Below, in pieces: positions 41,161 to 54,745 of a stretch of 64,000 nucleotides of DNA. Below the pieces are notes generated by a model. The model did no database searches. It saw nothing but the letters and a program-made list of their open reading frames with translations, and was not told where the DNA came from. The DNA is taken from positions 37,076,001 to 37,140,000 of the forward strand of contig OX597839.1 in assembly GCA_951406725.2 (NCBI GenBank), given 5' to 3'. Both the position numbers and the translations under genes were made by a program. Source of the DNA: Octopus vulgaris. Its lineage: Eukaryota. Within the stretch, counting starts at the first letter, position 1. The number at the start of each line of letters is the position of its first letter.

Positions 41161-41793
41161 TAATTTAGATACATCGACTTCTTCCCTAACATCACTGGTT
41201 AAATAACAACCCTTCAAACTGTCAAGCTGATGAAGCCATAGAGTAACAACTCATCTGTTATCTTCAACATAACCATCACCACCAACACAACTTATATCAC
41301 CATTATCACAAGGCAAACAATACAACAACCAACACCACCCCTAACACTACTACCTCTCATGACCAACAACACCACCACCACTATCAACACTACTACAACT
41401 GCAACCTACAGAACACCACCACTGCTACAACCAAAACCATCCACATACACCAACATAAGACCAAAAACAACATTACCATAATGCACACAACCAATATCAC
41501 TGCAACCAAAAACAACAACAGTAACAACAACAACAACAACAACAACAGTAACAACAACAACACCACCGTAACCACAACCAACATAGCAACTCTACCTCTG
41601 ACTGTTATCCGGTTTCTGTGTCATAAAAGTTGACAGAGAAGACATGAAATTCCTAGCTTGAACAATGGATGAAATATAATAATAATTTTATGACTGTCAC
41701 ATGATTGATCATATACACACTTACTGTATATATACATGTGTATTTGTATAAGCATGTGTGTTGGTGTGCATAACACACATATATATATATATA

Positions 41794-41956
<163 letters not shown>

Positions 41957-41971
41957 GTATATTTGTGTGTG

Positions 41972-42004
<33 letters not shown>

Positions 42005-42023
42005 GTGTGTGTGTGTATATATA

Positions 42024-42059
<36 letters not shown>

Positions 42060-42824
42060 TTAATGTACAAATAAATGCCGATGATATATATGTATATTAA
42101 TGTACAAATAAATGTTTATATATATATTGCATAAATAGTTTGTCAATGTATAGGAGTTGTATATAATTATGTGTATGACTGAAATGTTTATGGCTGTTGT
42201 GTTTGTGTGTGTATCGTATAAAGATTGATTAGAGTATCAAAAAGTACACAGCCCTGAATACAGAAGCATAAAATACTGTGTCTCTATAAAGTAATACAAA
42301 CTATAGACTTTCCATTGTGGTTGCTAATAGTTTTTATTGCCATGGGACAACTGCCTGAAAAAGTCTTTTATCCTCCCAATATTTATATTATTGAATGAGA
42401 TTTAAAAATTAAATATTTCTCCAGATTCATTCAATTTGGTGTTGCTGAATTTTACCTTTTAACTCTTTTGATATGAAACTTCTACAGAAATACACAAACT
42501 CTGTTGCAATTGATTTTGAAAATATTGAAAAATTTAGTAAATTAATTTTATCGTTATTAAGTTGGTGTTTGGAACATTAATTAACATGAAAACTAAATTG
42601 AAGATTTTAAATTTAGATCAGTTTAGGAGGTTTTTGTCATAGAACCAAAAATAGTCTCAGGCAGATTTAAAGATTAACAAAAGAGATAATCTTTAAATGC
42701 CCATTATCCACTGCCCTAGAAGTCATAAAGAACCATAATTACATTGATAACAAAGATACAGAGATCATGATTAATTCATACTAGCGAACCTTACTGATTT
42801 GATAATGCTTTCACCTAAATGAAG

Positions 42825-43188
42825 AAATCTGTCCAGGTTGGAGCTTTGGCTGTTGCCAGTGCCGCCCTGACTGGCTTCCGTGCCAGTGGCACGTAAAAAG
42901 CACCATTCGATCGTGGCCGTTTGCCAGCCTCGCCTGGCCTCCGTGCCGGTGGCACGTAAAAAGCACCATCCGACCGTGGCTATTTACCAGCCTTGTCTGG
43001 CACGTAAAAAGCACCCACTACACTCATGGAGTGGTTGGCATTAGGAAGGGCATCCAGCCATAGAAACATTGCCAGATCAGACTGGGCCTGGTGCAGCCTT
43101 CTGGCTTCCCAGACCCCAGTTGCACCGTCCAACCCATGCCAGCATGGAAAGCGGACACTAAACGATGATGATGATGATGATGATGATG
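42825..43188 (+). mobile_element. Retroposon family C with three tandem 5' modules
   Basis: ggcacgtaaaaagcacc at 42888, 42951, 42999, then the common 3' end and (GAT)n tail. Confidence 0.88.
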
Positions 43189-43339
43189 ACAGGATCGTAT
43201 GACAATGCAGAGGTTTGCAACTGTTTATGATAACACATTTTAGATGTTATTAGCGAGAAATTTACATCAATAGATTTTGCCTTTTACAGAAATATTGGGT
43301 TAGCTATATCTAAAAGCACATTAGACACATTGTCCACAT

Positions 43340-44060
43340 AGAATTTTCAAGCTGAAAATAACTATGGTTATTAACTTTACATTATCTTTTCTTTAATTCT
43401 ACATTAAACTTTCATATAAGGCCTTTCTAAAGGCCTTATATATTAGCCTTTCCTCATGAAAAACTTGTTTCTGTTCACATAGCATTATGTCACCTACCTT
43501 TATGTATTAAGAACTCGGCAGTAATATCAGTGAAAGGATTTCTAAAGTGTCCTCCAATAAGGAAATCTTTGATAAGGCAACCCATTACATCAAGAATACC
43601 TTAATATCTGGTGGAGTCAAGTTGTACCACAAGCTTGAAAAGCATGTCACATGGACTCCTTAGTAAAACTGCATTTGCATGCTTGTGCTGAAACACTAAC
43701 ATATGCCCACTAAAGTCTTGTGATACAGAAACAGTATGCTATAAACAAAATCAAATTTTGATGATATATAAGCATGACTGAAAAGAAGTTCAAGCAAAGA
43801 TTCCCCAACCACAGTTCTTCTTTTCAGACATGTCATAAACAAGAAAGCAACAAAATTCCTGACTACATCTGGCATTTAAACTAAAATCTTTCAACAATAA
43901 CCTCAAATAGAAGACTGGTGAAAGACCACCAAGTATTAGAAGACCATTGAAAAACCATAAAAGGAGGAGAATGTGACCTTTGCATTGCAGAGAAAGGAAT
44001 CATCCTCGTAAACTTAAAACACTATGCTCAGAAATTTTGGGAGAAATGTAGACATTTTAA
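43340..44060 (+). pseudogene. Decayed Penelope-like element: RT thumb + C-terminal GIY-YIG endonuclease (Naiad-like)
   Basis: 43520: SNISERISKVSSNKEIFDKATHYIKNTL; then CIC...CPLKSCDTETVCYK; 43765: YISMTEKKFKQRFPNHSSSF...DYIWHLN; then ECDLCIAEKGII and KCRH after a frameshift. Confidence 0.85.
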
Positions 44061-44519
44061 GTGGAATCTGTTATGAAACTAGGTCATACCACATTTACCT
44101 AATTTCCCACAAGGACAACAATATATGGATATGCGTATTTCACTTTTCCTCAATCCTTTTATTTTTGGCTTATCCTCTTTCCTTTTACTTTTTTCTTCCT
44201 CCTTTTCTTATCATTCATAAATGCATTTTTCACTGATCCTTTATCTTTATATATTAACTTCTATCCTATCTTTCACCAAATTTTTATATATTAGTTTCTC
44301 AAAATAGCTCTTGGGAATCATTGTACTGTTAAGGGGAATAACTCATTTCTACTACCTTAGAATAATGCACCCAAGCTAAAATGATTTATATTATTCTTTT
44401 ATAGCTGACAATTGTCACTATAGCAAAAACCTATATTAGTAACAAAATGGAAAAATCTGTAGTTTGCAATACTTCTTATATGTGTGTGTATATGCACATA
44501 TGGATTGGATGTGTGTTTT

Positions 44520-44527
44520 TTTGTGTG

Positions 44528-44573
<46 letters not shown>

Positions 44574-44603
44574 TATGTGTATGCATATATATATATATAT
44601 ACA

Positions 44604-44650
<47 letters not shown>

Positions 44651-44760
44651 GTATGTATATATACATACATACATATATACATATGTATGTATATATACAT
44701 ACATATATATGTATATATACATACATACATATATATGTATACATACATACATACATATAC

Positions 44761-44795
<35 letters not shown>

Positions 44796-44818
44796 CAAAC
44801 ATATATATATATATATAC

Positions 44819-44853
<35 letters not shown>

Positions 44854-44854
44854 C

Positions 44855-44887
<33 letters not shown>

Positions 44888-44888
44888 C

Positions 44889-44921
<33 letters not shown>

Positions 44922-45105
44922 CATACATACATACATATATATGTATATATATATACATACATATATATGTACATATACATACATACATACATATATATGT
45001 ATACATACATACATATATATGTATACATACATACATACATACATACATATGTATACATACATACATACATATGTATACATACATACATACATACATACAT
45101 ATGTA

Positions 45106-45136
<31 letters not shown>

Positions 45137-45323
45137 GTATACATACATACATACATACATATGTATACATACATACATACATATGTATACATACATACAT
45201 ATGTATACATACATACATATGTATACATACATACATATGTATACATACATACATACATACATATGTATACATACATACATACATACATACATATGTATAC
45301 ATACATACATACATATGTATACA

Positions 45324-45354
<31 letters not shown>

Positions 45355-45357
45355 GTA

Positions 45358-45388
<31 letters not shown>

Positions 45389-45395
45389 GTATACA

Positions 45396-45426
<31 letters not shown>

Positions 45427-45458
45427 GTATACATACATACATACATATATACATATGT

Positions 45459-45513
<55 letters not shown>

Positions 45514-45585
45514 TACATATACATACACACACACACACACATAAATATATATACATACAAATATACATATACATATATATATAAT
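44520..45585. repeat. About 1 kb (TA)n/(TACA)n compound microsatellite with higher-order tatgtatacatacatacata units
   Basis: Direct inspection; source of six 340-410 aa spurious ORFs. Confidence 0.97.
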
Positions 45586-45743
45586 GTTTTAAATTTATCC
45601 CATAGCTTCCTGTTTGATTCAGCACATATAAATTTATAACTTTTTAACGATCTAACTATATTTAATGGTAACCATTTAAAGCAGGTGAAACGAAACAGTC
45701 TTCATTCACTATCATACTACATTTCTTAACATTCTGTATAAAT

Positions 45744-45797
<54 letters not shown>

Positions 45798-46167
45798 TTT
45801 TCTTGCTCGCTGTTTTGGAAAAAGATAAAATGACTGAAATGTTAGATTCTTTAACTCCTCACAGAAAACCAAACTACCAAATTGCGTCACCAATTCTGAT
45901 TTCAGTGTTATAAAACCAGAATTATGTCACGTTGTTTTAGCATTGTTCACATATGAACTGACATGTAACTTTATAGATCTGCCTGTTATTAGTTTGCAAA
46001 CATTTAACTTGGATTACAAACCATACAAATGGAGAATCGGAAAGAAAGAGAAAGAATGGCGTGACTGATTCAGTGAGTGAATGTGAGATGTTGCATGTGA
46101 GTGTATGTGTGTATGAATTTGTGTGAGAGAAGGCAAGTTATATATATATACACATATATATATATAC

Positions 46168-46650
46168 ACTAGCACTATGACCTGGCGTTGCCGGGTCTAG
46201 TGCTAGTGCCGGGTCGTAGTAAAAATTTCTCGTTAAATCAAGAGCTAAGTTTCTTATCGCATTTCAGCCTGGGCCAGTTTTGTTGTTTATGAGCAAGTTG
46301 GAGCTTTTTATGAGAGTAATTAATATTCATTGGACTTTGGTTTTCACACCTGGAACGGCATAATCATGGAAACATTTTACATGTTTCCAGGAACCTTGAT
46401 GGTAAAATGTTTTTATTTTTTCATTTCGTTCCTGTCGAATTTTATCCCTAATTTTTGTGGTTATGGAACCTAGCTGTTCTTTCTAACGTGTTGAATTCCA
46501 CGTGTGGATTCCTTATGTGTTTAAATGTACACTATATATTATGACTAATTCATAGTCTTTTGGGACTAAATTTTTACACGTTAGGCCATTGGATGTGAAA
46601 ATTTTAATTAATTTTCCATTTCCCTTTGATATGCTTAAGCATATATATAT
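46168..46650 (-). mobile_element. Helitron-like non-autonomous element (3' end at left)
   Basis: a-ctag...cctggcgttgccggg subterminal hairpin like 54746; right boundary uncertain. Confidence 0.5.
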
Positions 46651-48107
46651 ACACACAAACACACACGTGTGTGTGTGTGTGTGAATACAGACATACACAT
46701 ATATACATGTGCATGTGTGTGTGTACATGTATAGCTGACTAGCTTCCACACATTTTACATGTTCCAAATTCACTAACAAAGCATTGGTCAACCTGGAGTA
46801 GTAGAAGGCACTTGTTCATGATGCTATGTGAAGTCACAGGGTTTACAAATCAAGCTTCTTAACTCCACAGCCATGCCTATAACGATAGCTATAGAGAGAT
46901 GGAGAGATAGATTTCTTTATTGGCCATGCAGGGCTAAACACAGAAAGGACGAAATACAAAGTAGAGCTTATCTTTTGGAGAAGAAGAGAAGGAGGAAAAA
47001 TGGGGGTGCAAATTCATATCAAAAGGGTTCGTGAAAAGAAAAAAAAGGTGGGGATCAAAAGGGATCGTGAAAAAAAAAAGTGGGGCTGATCAATAGGGAT
47101 TGTGTATCACAGAAATACACAGAGAGATGGCTAGATAGATAGATAGATCTATAGATAGATGGATGGATGGACAGACAGATAGACAGGCACAAACATATAT
47201 ATATATATACATGTAATGATGATGATGACATAAATATATATAAACACAAATACACACACATATATAAAATCTTTGAACAGGTGTCTGCTACATCAAGGCT
47301 GATTCAGGGCTAAACAACGATAATGATGAGAATAACTACGGTAACGAGAACAGCAACAACATACAGTACTTAAGCTATAAAGTAGTAATTACATCAGCTT
47401 TACTCTTTAATCTTTACGAATATTAAATCCATCCTCATAAGTCCTGGATGCTAGAGTTAACAGAGAAATACCGCTCCGCCTCCCTCCCTCGCGCACCCTC
47501 TCGGTTCTTTTTCCGGAAATCTCTTGGCTTCACCCCACCACCACTCCTTCCATCTCTTCTCTTTCTTCCGACACTCTTCCCCGGTAATTTATCTCCCAGA
47601 CATGTGAAAGTCGTGACCACGGTATTAAGTTACTGTAGCGTGGTCGACGACGTAATTTCTTTTTACTTCGACCAACAACATGGAGGATACTGCTACCACC
47701 ACCGCAACACAACCACCACCACCACCATCACACCAGTAACAGTATCACCAACACTCACATCAACATCACCATCACCACTAACAGGAAACCACATACACAC
47801 ACACACACACACACACACCATCATCACTAACAATGTATATATAATGTATGCACACACACACACACACACGCATGCACACACACCATCATCACTAACAATG
47901 TATATATAATGTATGCACACACACACGCACACGCATGCACACACACTTATCAACATACATGGATGTACTTGAATGGTTGACAATACATTCATTTGATTTG
48001 AATCTATTTATCAATCTATTAATCATTTGATGACTGACTGATCTACTTTTGTGACCAAGTCAGCAACACTTTTATATACTCACTTTGTGTGTGTGTTGGG
48101 GGTCTGT

Positions 48108-48400
<293 letters not shown>

Positions 48401-48616
48401 AAACACACACTCATTTATAGAAGTCCTTTATATAAGCCTGAACTTGTGGCCCTTTAGATTAACTCTTTGTCACCCCTCATTTCAACAGTGTTTCCTAACA
48501 GATTTCATGTTTAATTATTCATTTTCATAGAAGCAGACATAATCAATATAAAATTAATTACGTGTAATCCGATTTTTCCTCTGGTGCATGTTCCTTCCTG
48601 ATCATTTTCTTTTCTT

Positions 48617-48647
<31 letters not shown>

Positions 48648-48680
48648 CTTTAATATTTTAATTTTAAATTAATTTCAATT

Positions 48681-48700
48681 TTTCTTTCTTTAATTAACAG
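48681..48700 (+). other. Probable splice acceptor for the large coding exon (5' UTR part 48701-49028)
   Basis: Long pyrimidine-rich stretch ending tttctttctttaattaacag; an alternative in-frame acceptor ttttttaaagcag ends at 48995. Confidence 0.5.
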
Positions 48701-49028
48701 ATGTCTGGTTGAACTTTTCTCGGCTTCCAGCTCCAACCTCTTCCAAATCAGCGAACATTTCAATCAGAAGTTCCTTGTAACCAAAATTGAAAATCGAAGA
48801 GCGTGAACTTCAGTTCAGATTGAAACAGTTATGGTGGCCAATAATACAAGATTTATTACTGGTTCTTTAGAGATATATTTCTGCACCAAGTTCATACCGA
48901 TGCAGTACAGCTAGCGAAAGAAACCAACCAACCAACCAACCAACCAATCAATCCCAAATACATAAAGCAGTTTGGTGTAGCATTTTTTAAAGCAGTTGTT
49001 TTGTCAAACCTATGCAAGGGCCTGTGTT

Positions 49029-50611
49029 ATGTGGATGTCGGAGCCGTTTTTAACAGATATCAATGTTGCCCGGGTTAACAACTTCTCTCTATCCACAATC
49101 CCGCTGATAGCCACACCCGATTGGCGAAACGTATCAGACATCTGGTGGTGGTCCTGGAATGTCCATGTCTATACAGTTGCCCTCCTCTTTTACCTGCTCT
49201 CTACCTTCTGTGTACTATCGCTGTTCCGTGGACGCAAGAGACTCAAAAAGAAAACATTTGGGGTCACCCTTTCCATTCTCTTTGCCATTGGTATATTCAG
49301 GGGAAGCTACTTTGTACTGGATCCATACGGAAGTAACAATCTGCTTCCTGTTGTGTTTAGACAACTTCTATTTGATATCACTTACCCATGCCTTACGACA
49401 TCTTATAGTCTTGTCCAAATAATGATTTTGAGGATCACCAAGGTGGACGTAGGGCCAACACGAATTGTAAACAAGCAATTCTTTTTATTTGTTACAACAT
49501 TTTACTTTGTATGTCTCACTGTAGTTGACATTTGCACAGGGATCCACCATGATCTGCGACTCCTCCTTCTTCTGCCCAATGCTTTCTTCATCATTTGGTC
49601 CATTTATCTGAGCATCACATTCATATACAATGGTTTCAAACTGACCCATTATGTTGCTGAGATTAAGAAGGCCAGGAAAGAGCTGAGTTCTTACAGTTTA
49701 GCAAAACGATCTTGCAGCCAAGAAAACATGTTGTCACGGTCAGCAACAACTCAACGTTTAACCAAACCACAGATACGCATCACCGATGAAGACAACCAGA
49801 CTTACAGTATCGTTAGCGAAGATGAGTCAACCATGTCCGATTTAAATGAATTGGCTATTTTTAGTCCAGCTACGAATAAGGAGCTAAAAACAATGAGCGC
49901 TAAAGTAGGTTCCCTGTTGGACAGTAGCTTACTTTTGAAGGCTCAGACGGCTGACTTCCAGCTCCTGGCTGAGGACTCAGTTGCAACAGAAACGACTCTC
50001 GCTGATTCCACCTGTCAGGAGTTAAATGATGCTAAAAATGGGGATTTCGTGAATTTACAATACTTAATGAACGAGAACTGTTCCATGCTTCACAACAGTG
50101 ACCTCTATTTAGAGGAGACACTGGATGAAACGGAATTCAAAGAGAGGAAGAATTCAGTCAGGTCAAACTGGTGCAACATTTCGGCAATTCTACCAAACAC
50201 AACATCAACAGACATCACAGACTGCGATGAAAGTTATTTGGTAGACAATGGCTACATGGCAGATACAGAAGTACCAACGTCTTGTCCGAGAAGTAAAAAA
50301 CATAAAAACAAACGCAAATGTTCGGTTGACCCCTCGGAATCACGGGACGCTGATAGCCTGGAGACGCCTCTATCAATAGCCACGTCTTGGCACCCTAAAC
50401 TCATGGTTTCATCCCCATCAACACTGAGTTTACATCGTATTCGTCAGAGCAGGATGCTCCACCGTGTGATGAGGCTCACATACAACACAACATTCTTGCT
50501 TATTGTCGCCTGTCTTTTTCAGCTTTACTCATTATTTGGGATTTATGGATTATTTTCACGAATAGCCAATCCTGATCCATGGCCCTGGCTCGTTTTCCAA
50601 ACATTCTACAG
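49029..50611 (+). CDS. PRRT3/PRRT4-like (proline-rich transmembrane protein 3/4 family) 7TM membrane protein, large coding exon; 3' exon not found
   Basis: Non-repetitive ORF of about 527 codons with family motifs W..HVY, RGSYFVLDPYGS, YPCLTT, PWPWLVFQ; five TM helices, a long acidic/Ser-rich loop, TM6 and start of TM7; ends at donor TACAG|GTATGT (50611/50612, phase 2). Confidence 0.85.
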
Positions 50612-50665
50612 GTATGTTCATGACTTACAGGTCCAATATTTTCGTGTTCACTGTTTCTATATCAA

Positions 50666-51057
50666 CTCTTTCTCTTTTCTCTTTTACTTGTTTCAGTCAT
50701 TTGACTGCGGCCATGCTGGAGCACCGCCTTTAGTCGAGCAAATCAACCCCGGGACTTATTCTTTGTAAGCCCAGTACTTATTCTATCGGTCTCTTTTGCT
50801 GAACTGCTAAGTGATGGGGACGTAAACACACCAGCATTGGTTGTCAAGCAATGCTAGGGGGACAAACACAGACACACAAACACACATATATATATGACAG
50901 GCTTCTTTCAGTTTCCGTCTACCAAATCCACTCACAAGGCATTGGTCAGCCCGGGGCTATAGTAGAAGACACTTGCCCAAGATGCCACGCAGTGGGACTG
51001 AACCCGGAACCATGTGGTTGGTAAACAAGCTACTTACCACACAGCCACTCCTGCGTC
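50666..51057 (-). mobile_element. SINE family A, full length, intronic antisense
   Basis: Reverse-complement match to 12801-13193; produces the false C-terminal extension of the 590-aa ORF. Confidence 0.93.
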
Positions 51058-51184
51058 TGTTTAATAGTTTGATTTTTTTTCTATTCATGTCAACTGTTTC
51101 CATAACCAAGTCTTGTGTGTGTGTGTACACGTGCATATGTGTGTCTCCAAATAAGTTTTCATAAGGCAGAAAGATGGGTTAATC

Positions 51185-53980
51185 TATAGTTTAACATCCA
51201 GTCACCAAAACAAAAAAAAAAAACAGTCTAATATGTGTAAAAAAAATGTGTAGAAAATGAATATGACACAAAAATTTGTTCAAATGAATGGGTGGTGGGA
51301 GAACTTTTGGAAAATTCACATAATCTGATTTTCCCCTCATAACTTTCAGGAAAATGGATATATGTTGATGGAATTTTATAGAAATACCTTTCAAATGGCA
51401 TAGATTACAGCCATAAAGAAATTTGTGGGGGAAATGTTTTCCAAATGGGTGGGGAGTGGATTTGGGTAAAATTAACACAATTCAATTTTTTGGTGGTGGA
51501 GAGAAAAGTTTTGAAAAATGGAGTTTCGGATCAGGAAGACCATATAAGTTCATTTTTTTTACTCCCAGCATCCCTCCTTCAGACTGATTTTGGCCAAATT
51601 TTTGCACTTATGGGAGGAGCCGTTTTGGTAAAAAAAAAAAAAAAAATTGTAAATATTTTCAGAGGAAAAAGTAGAATTTAAGGGAAATTTGGCATTTGTT
51701 TCTAGCACATTCCAAGACAACCCTCCTTGTTTCTTTCTCACTCTTGCATGTATTGATGTTTTTCTATATTTTTCTTCCCATAAACACATTTATGCTATAA
51801 AAAAAATTTTGAAAATTTATGATTTTTTTTTCAACCTTACTCCCTGCCCCTCTTTCTGTTTATAATTTAAAATATTGGAGAGCCTGAGGTCATTTCTGGC
51901 ATTTATTCACAGTGATTTTTAAAAAATAGGTATGTAGAAGATAATTGATTTTAAATACTCTCTTTTACTTGTTTCAGTCATTTGACTGTGACCATGCTGG
52001 AGCACCGTCTTTAGTTGAGCAAATCAACCCCAGGACTTATTCTTCATAAGCCTAGTACTTATTTTATCGGTCTCTTTTGCTGAACAGCTAAGTTATGGGG
52101 GCGTAAACACACCACCATTGGTTGTCAAGCGATTTCGGGGGGACAAACACAGACACACAAACATATACATACATATATACGACAGGCTTCTTTCAGTTTC
52201 CATCTACCAAATCCACTCACAAGGTTTTGGTCGGCCCAAGGCTATAGTAGAAGACACTTGCCCAAGGTGCCATGCAGTGGGATTGCACCCGGAACCATTT
52301 GGTTCGTAAGCAAGCTACTTGCCACACAGCCACCCCTAGCATACTTTTCTGTTAGAAAATGTCTTTTTTCTTACACACATGGCCTTGCTTAATTAAGGTG
52401 GGGTGAAAATTTAAATTACCACTTTTTGGGGGTCAATGTACAGTTTGAGACCCATTGTCGAAAACAAAAAAAAACCCCAGCCTACTCGTTGTAAAAGGGG
52501 TGGGGAAAAGACTATCAGAAAATTCACACAATCTGTTTTTCCCTTCATAACTTTCAGGGAAATGGATATCTTTTAATGAAGTTTTACAAAAACACCTTTC
52601 AAACAGGATAGATTACGATTATAGAGAAATTTGTGGGGAAAATATTTTTCCAAAAGGGTGGGGAGAGGTCTGTCGGAAAGTTCACATGATCCATTTTCTT
52701 CCCTCATAACTTTCAGGATTTAGTTTAGAATCCAGTCACCAAAGTCAAAAAAAAACCCAGTCTAATAGGTGCAAAAGAGTGTAGAAAATGAAAATGGTAA
52801 CAAAATTTTGTGCAAATGAACAGGGGTGTGGTGGGGGAGAGGACTTTCGGAAAATTCACATGATCCGATTTTTTCCCTCGTAACTTTCAGGAAAATGGGT
52901 ATCTTTCAATGAAATTTTACAGAATGCCTTTCAAACAGAATAGATTACGATTATAAAGAAATTTGTGGGGAAAATGTTTTCCTGGAGGTTATGAGGGGAA
53001 AAATTCAGATCATGTGAATTTTCTGCAAGTCCTCTCCCCACCCACACCCTGTTAATTTGAGTAAAATTTTTGTTTTCATATTCACTTTCTATGCATTTTT
53101 TTTAAATACCCATTAGACTTTTTTTTTTTCCATTTTGCTGATCAGGCGCTAAACTAGATCCTGAAAGTTATGAGAGGAAAAAATGGATCATGTGAAGATT
53201 CCAACAGTCCTCTCCCCACTCCTTCAGGAAACATTTTCTTCACAAATTTCTTTATAATCATAATTTATGCTGTTCGAAAGGTGTTTCTGTAAAATTTCAT
53301 TGAAAGATATCCATTTTCCTAAAAGTTATGAGGGAAAAAATCGGATCGTGTGTATTTTCCGAAAGTCCTCTCCTCACCCATACCCCGTTCGTTTGCACAA
53401 ATTGTTGTTTTCATATTCGTTTTTTATTCCTTTTTTTTACTCCTATTAGACCCCTTTTTTTTTCGTTTTGATGACTGGATTCTAAACTAAATCCTGAAAA
53501 TTATGAGGAAAACAAAATGGATTGTGTGAACTTTCCGACAGTCCTCTCCCCACCTCTTCGGAAAACATTTTCCCCACAAATTTCTTTATAATCGTAATCT
53601 ATGCTGTTTGAAAGGTGTTTCTGTAAAATTTTATTGAAAGATATCCATTTTCCTGAAAATTATGAAGGGAAAAGACAAAGCATGTGAATTTCCCAAAATC
53701 CTCTCCCCACCTCTTCAGAAAATATTTTCCCAACAAATTTCTTTATAATCGTAATCTATCCCATTGAAAGGTATTTCTATAAAATTTCATCAATATATAT
53801 CCATTTTCCTGAAAGTTATGAGGGAAAAATTGGATCTTGTGAATTTTCCTAAAGTCCTCTCCCCATCCCCATCCCCCGTTCGTTTGTGCAAACTTTTGTT
53901 TCCATATTCATTTTCTACACCTTTTTTTTTTACCCCTATTAGACTGTTTTTTTTTGTTTTGGTGACCAGGTGTTAAAATA
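51185..53980. mobile_element. Foldback-like DNA element with about 280-bp inverted termini and internal inverted arrays of the same module
   Basis: tatagtttaacatccagtcaccaaaac... vs ...gttttggtgaccaggtgttaaaatata; forward modules at about 51185, 52455, 52720; reverse modules ending about 53158, 53490, 53980. Confidence 0.75.
51957..52337 (-). mobile_element. SINE family A nested in the foldback element
   Basis: Reverse-complement match to family A. Confidence 0.9.
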
Positions 53981-54658
53981 TATATTAACCGAAAAACGCA
54001 GGCACTCATATATCTGATAACAAAATGAGTATATTATTTATGTAATATTATATTCTCATAACAAGCTAATTAGCTAGTTCTAAAATCTCTAAAGATTTTA
54101 CAACTAGCTATTTTGCTCCTTATGAGATCAGTGGCTGTCTGCCACTTCTCTGTTTATGTATTGTGAGTGGAAACGATTGGCTACCATCTTTAGCAGGCAA
54201 GCATCCAGTACCAATGATGGGTAAAGACCCAGAAACCACGGTCTATTGGTTTTGCCAAACTGGAGAGGAGTGATTCACTCCCTTACTTACAATATATTGG
54301 ACACAGGTTGTGTGTCATTAACCAGTTAGAAAATACATTTTCCTGGGGTTAACCTGTAGTAACAAAGTGCTGTATAGAACAGCTATATTATAGTAGCAAA
54401 AAAATATATTCTTGTAACAGCCAATTTATGTTACTGAATGGTCTGATGATTATTCATTTACCTCTCCACTTCCGAAAGGTTTTCAGCATGAAACTACTTG
54501 GTAACATCAGCAGTGATGAAGGTATATCAAATAACATATAAGATAGATTCTTGAATTACTGAATCTATAGCCACACCTCATACATGCACATATATAAGAA
54601 CTGACATGAATCAAAAAGATTACTCAATATATAGGAGCATGTATGTATATATATATAT

Positions 54659-54701
<43 letters not shown>

Positions 54702-54745
54702 CGTATATATACCCATATATACATATATATACTTATATATACACA

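Noticed and set aside
44399-45639. Six overlapping 340-410 aa ORFs (YI/CM/HT repeats)
   Set aside because: Pure TA/TACA microsatellite cannot encode stops; the same applies to ORFs at 5.0, 12.1, 18.1, 24.6, 38.0, 41.7 and 48.1 kb.
48996-49028. ORF-track start at TTG 48996
   Set aside because: Non-ATG start in a eukaryote. The first ATG is 49029; this stretch is coding only if the 48995 acceptor is used.
50612-50768. C-terminal extension of the 590-aa ORF (YVHDLQ...GTYSL)
   Set aside because: Lies past a good GTATGT donor and runs into an antisense SINE A; the same peptide appears in other SINE-derived ORFs.
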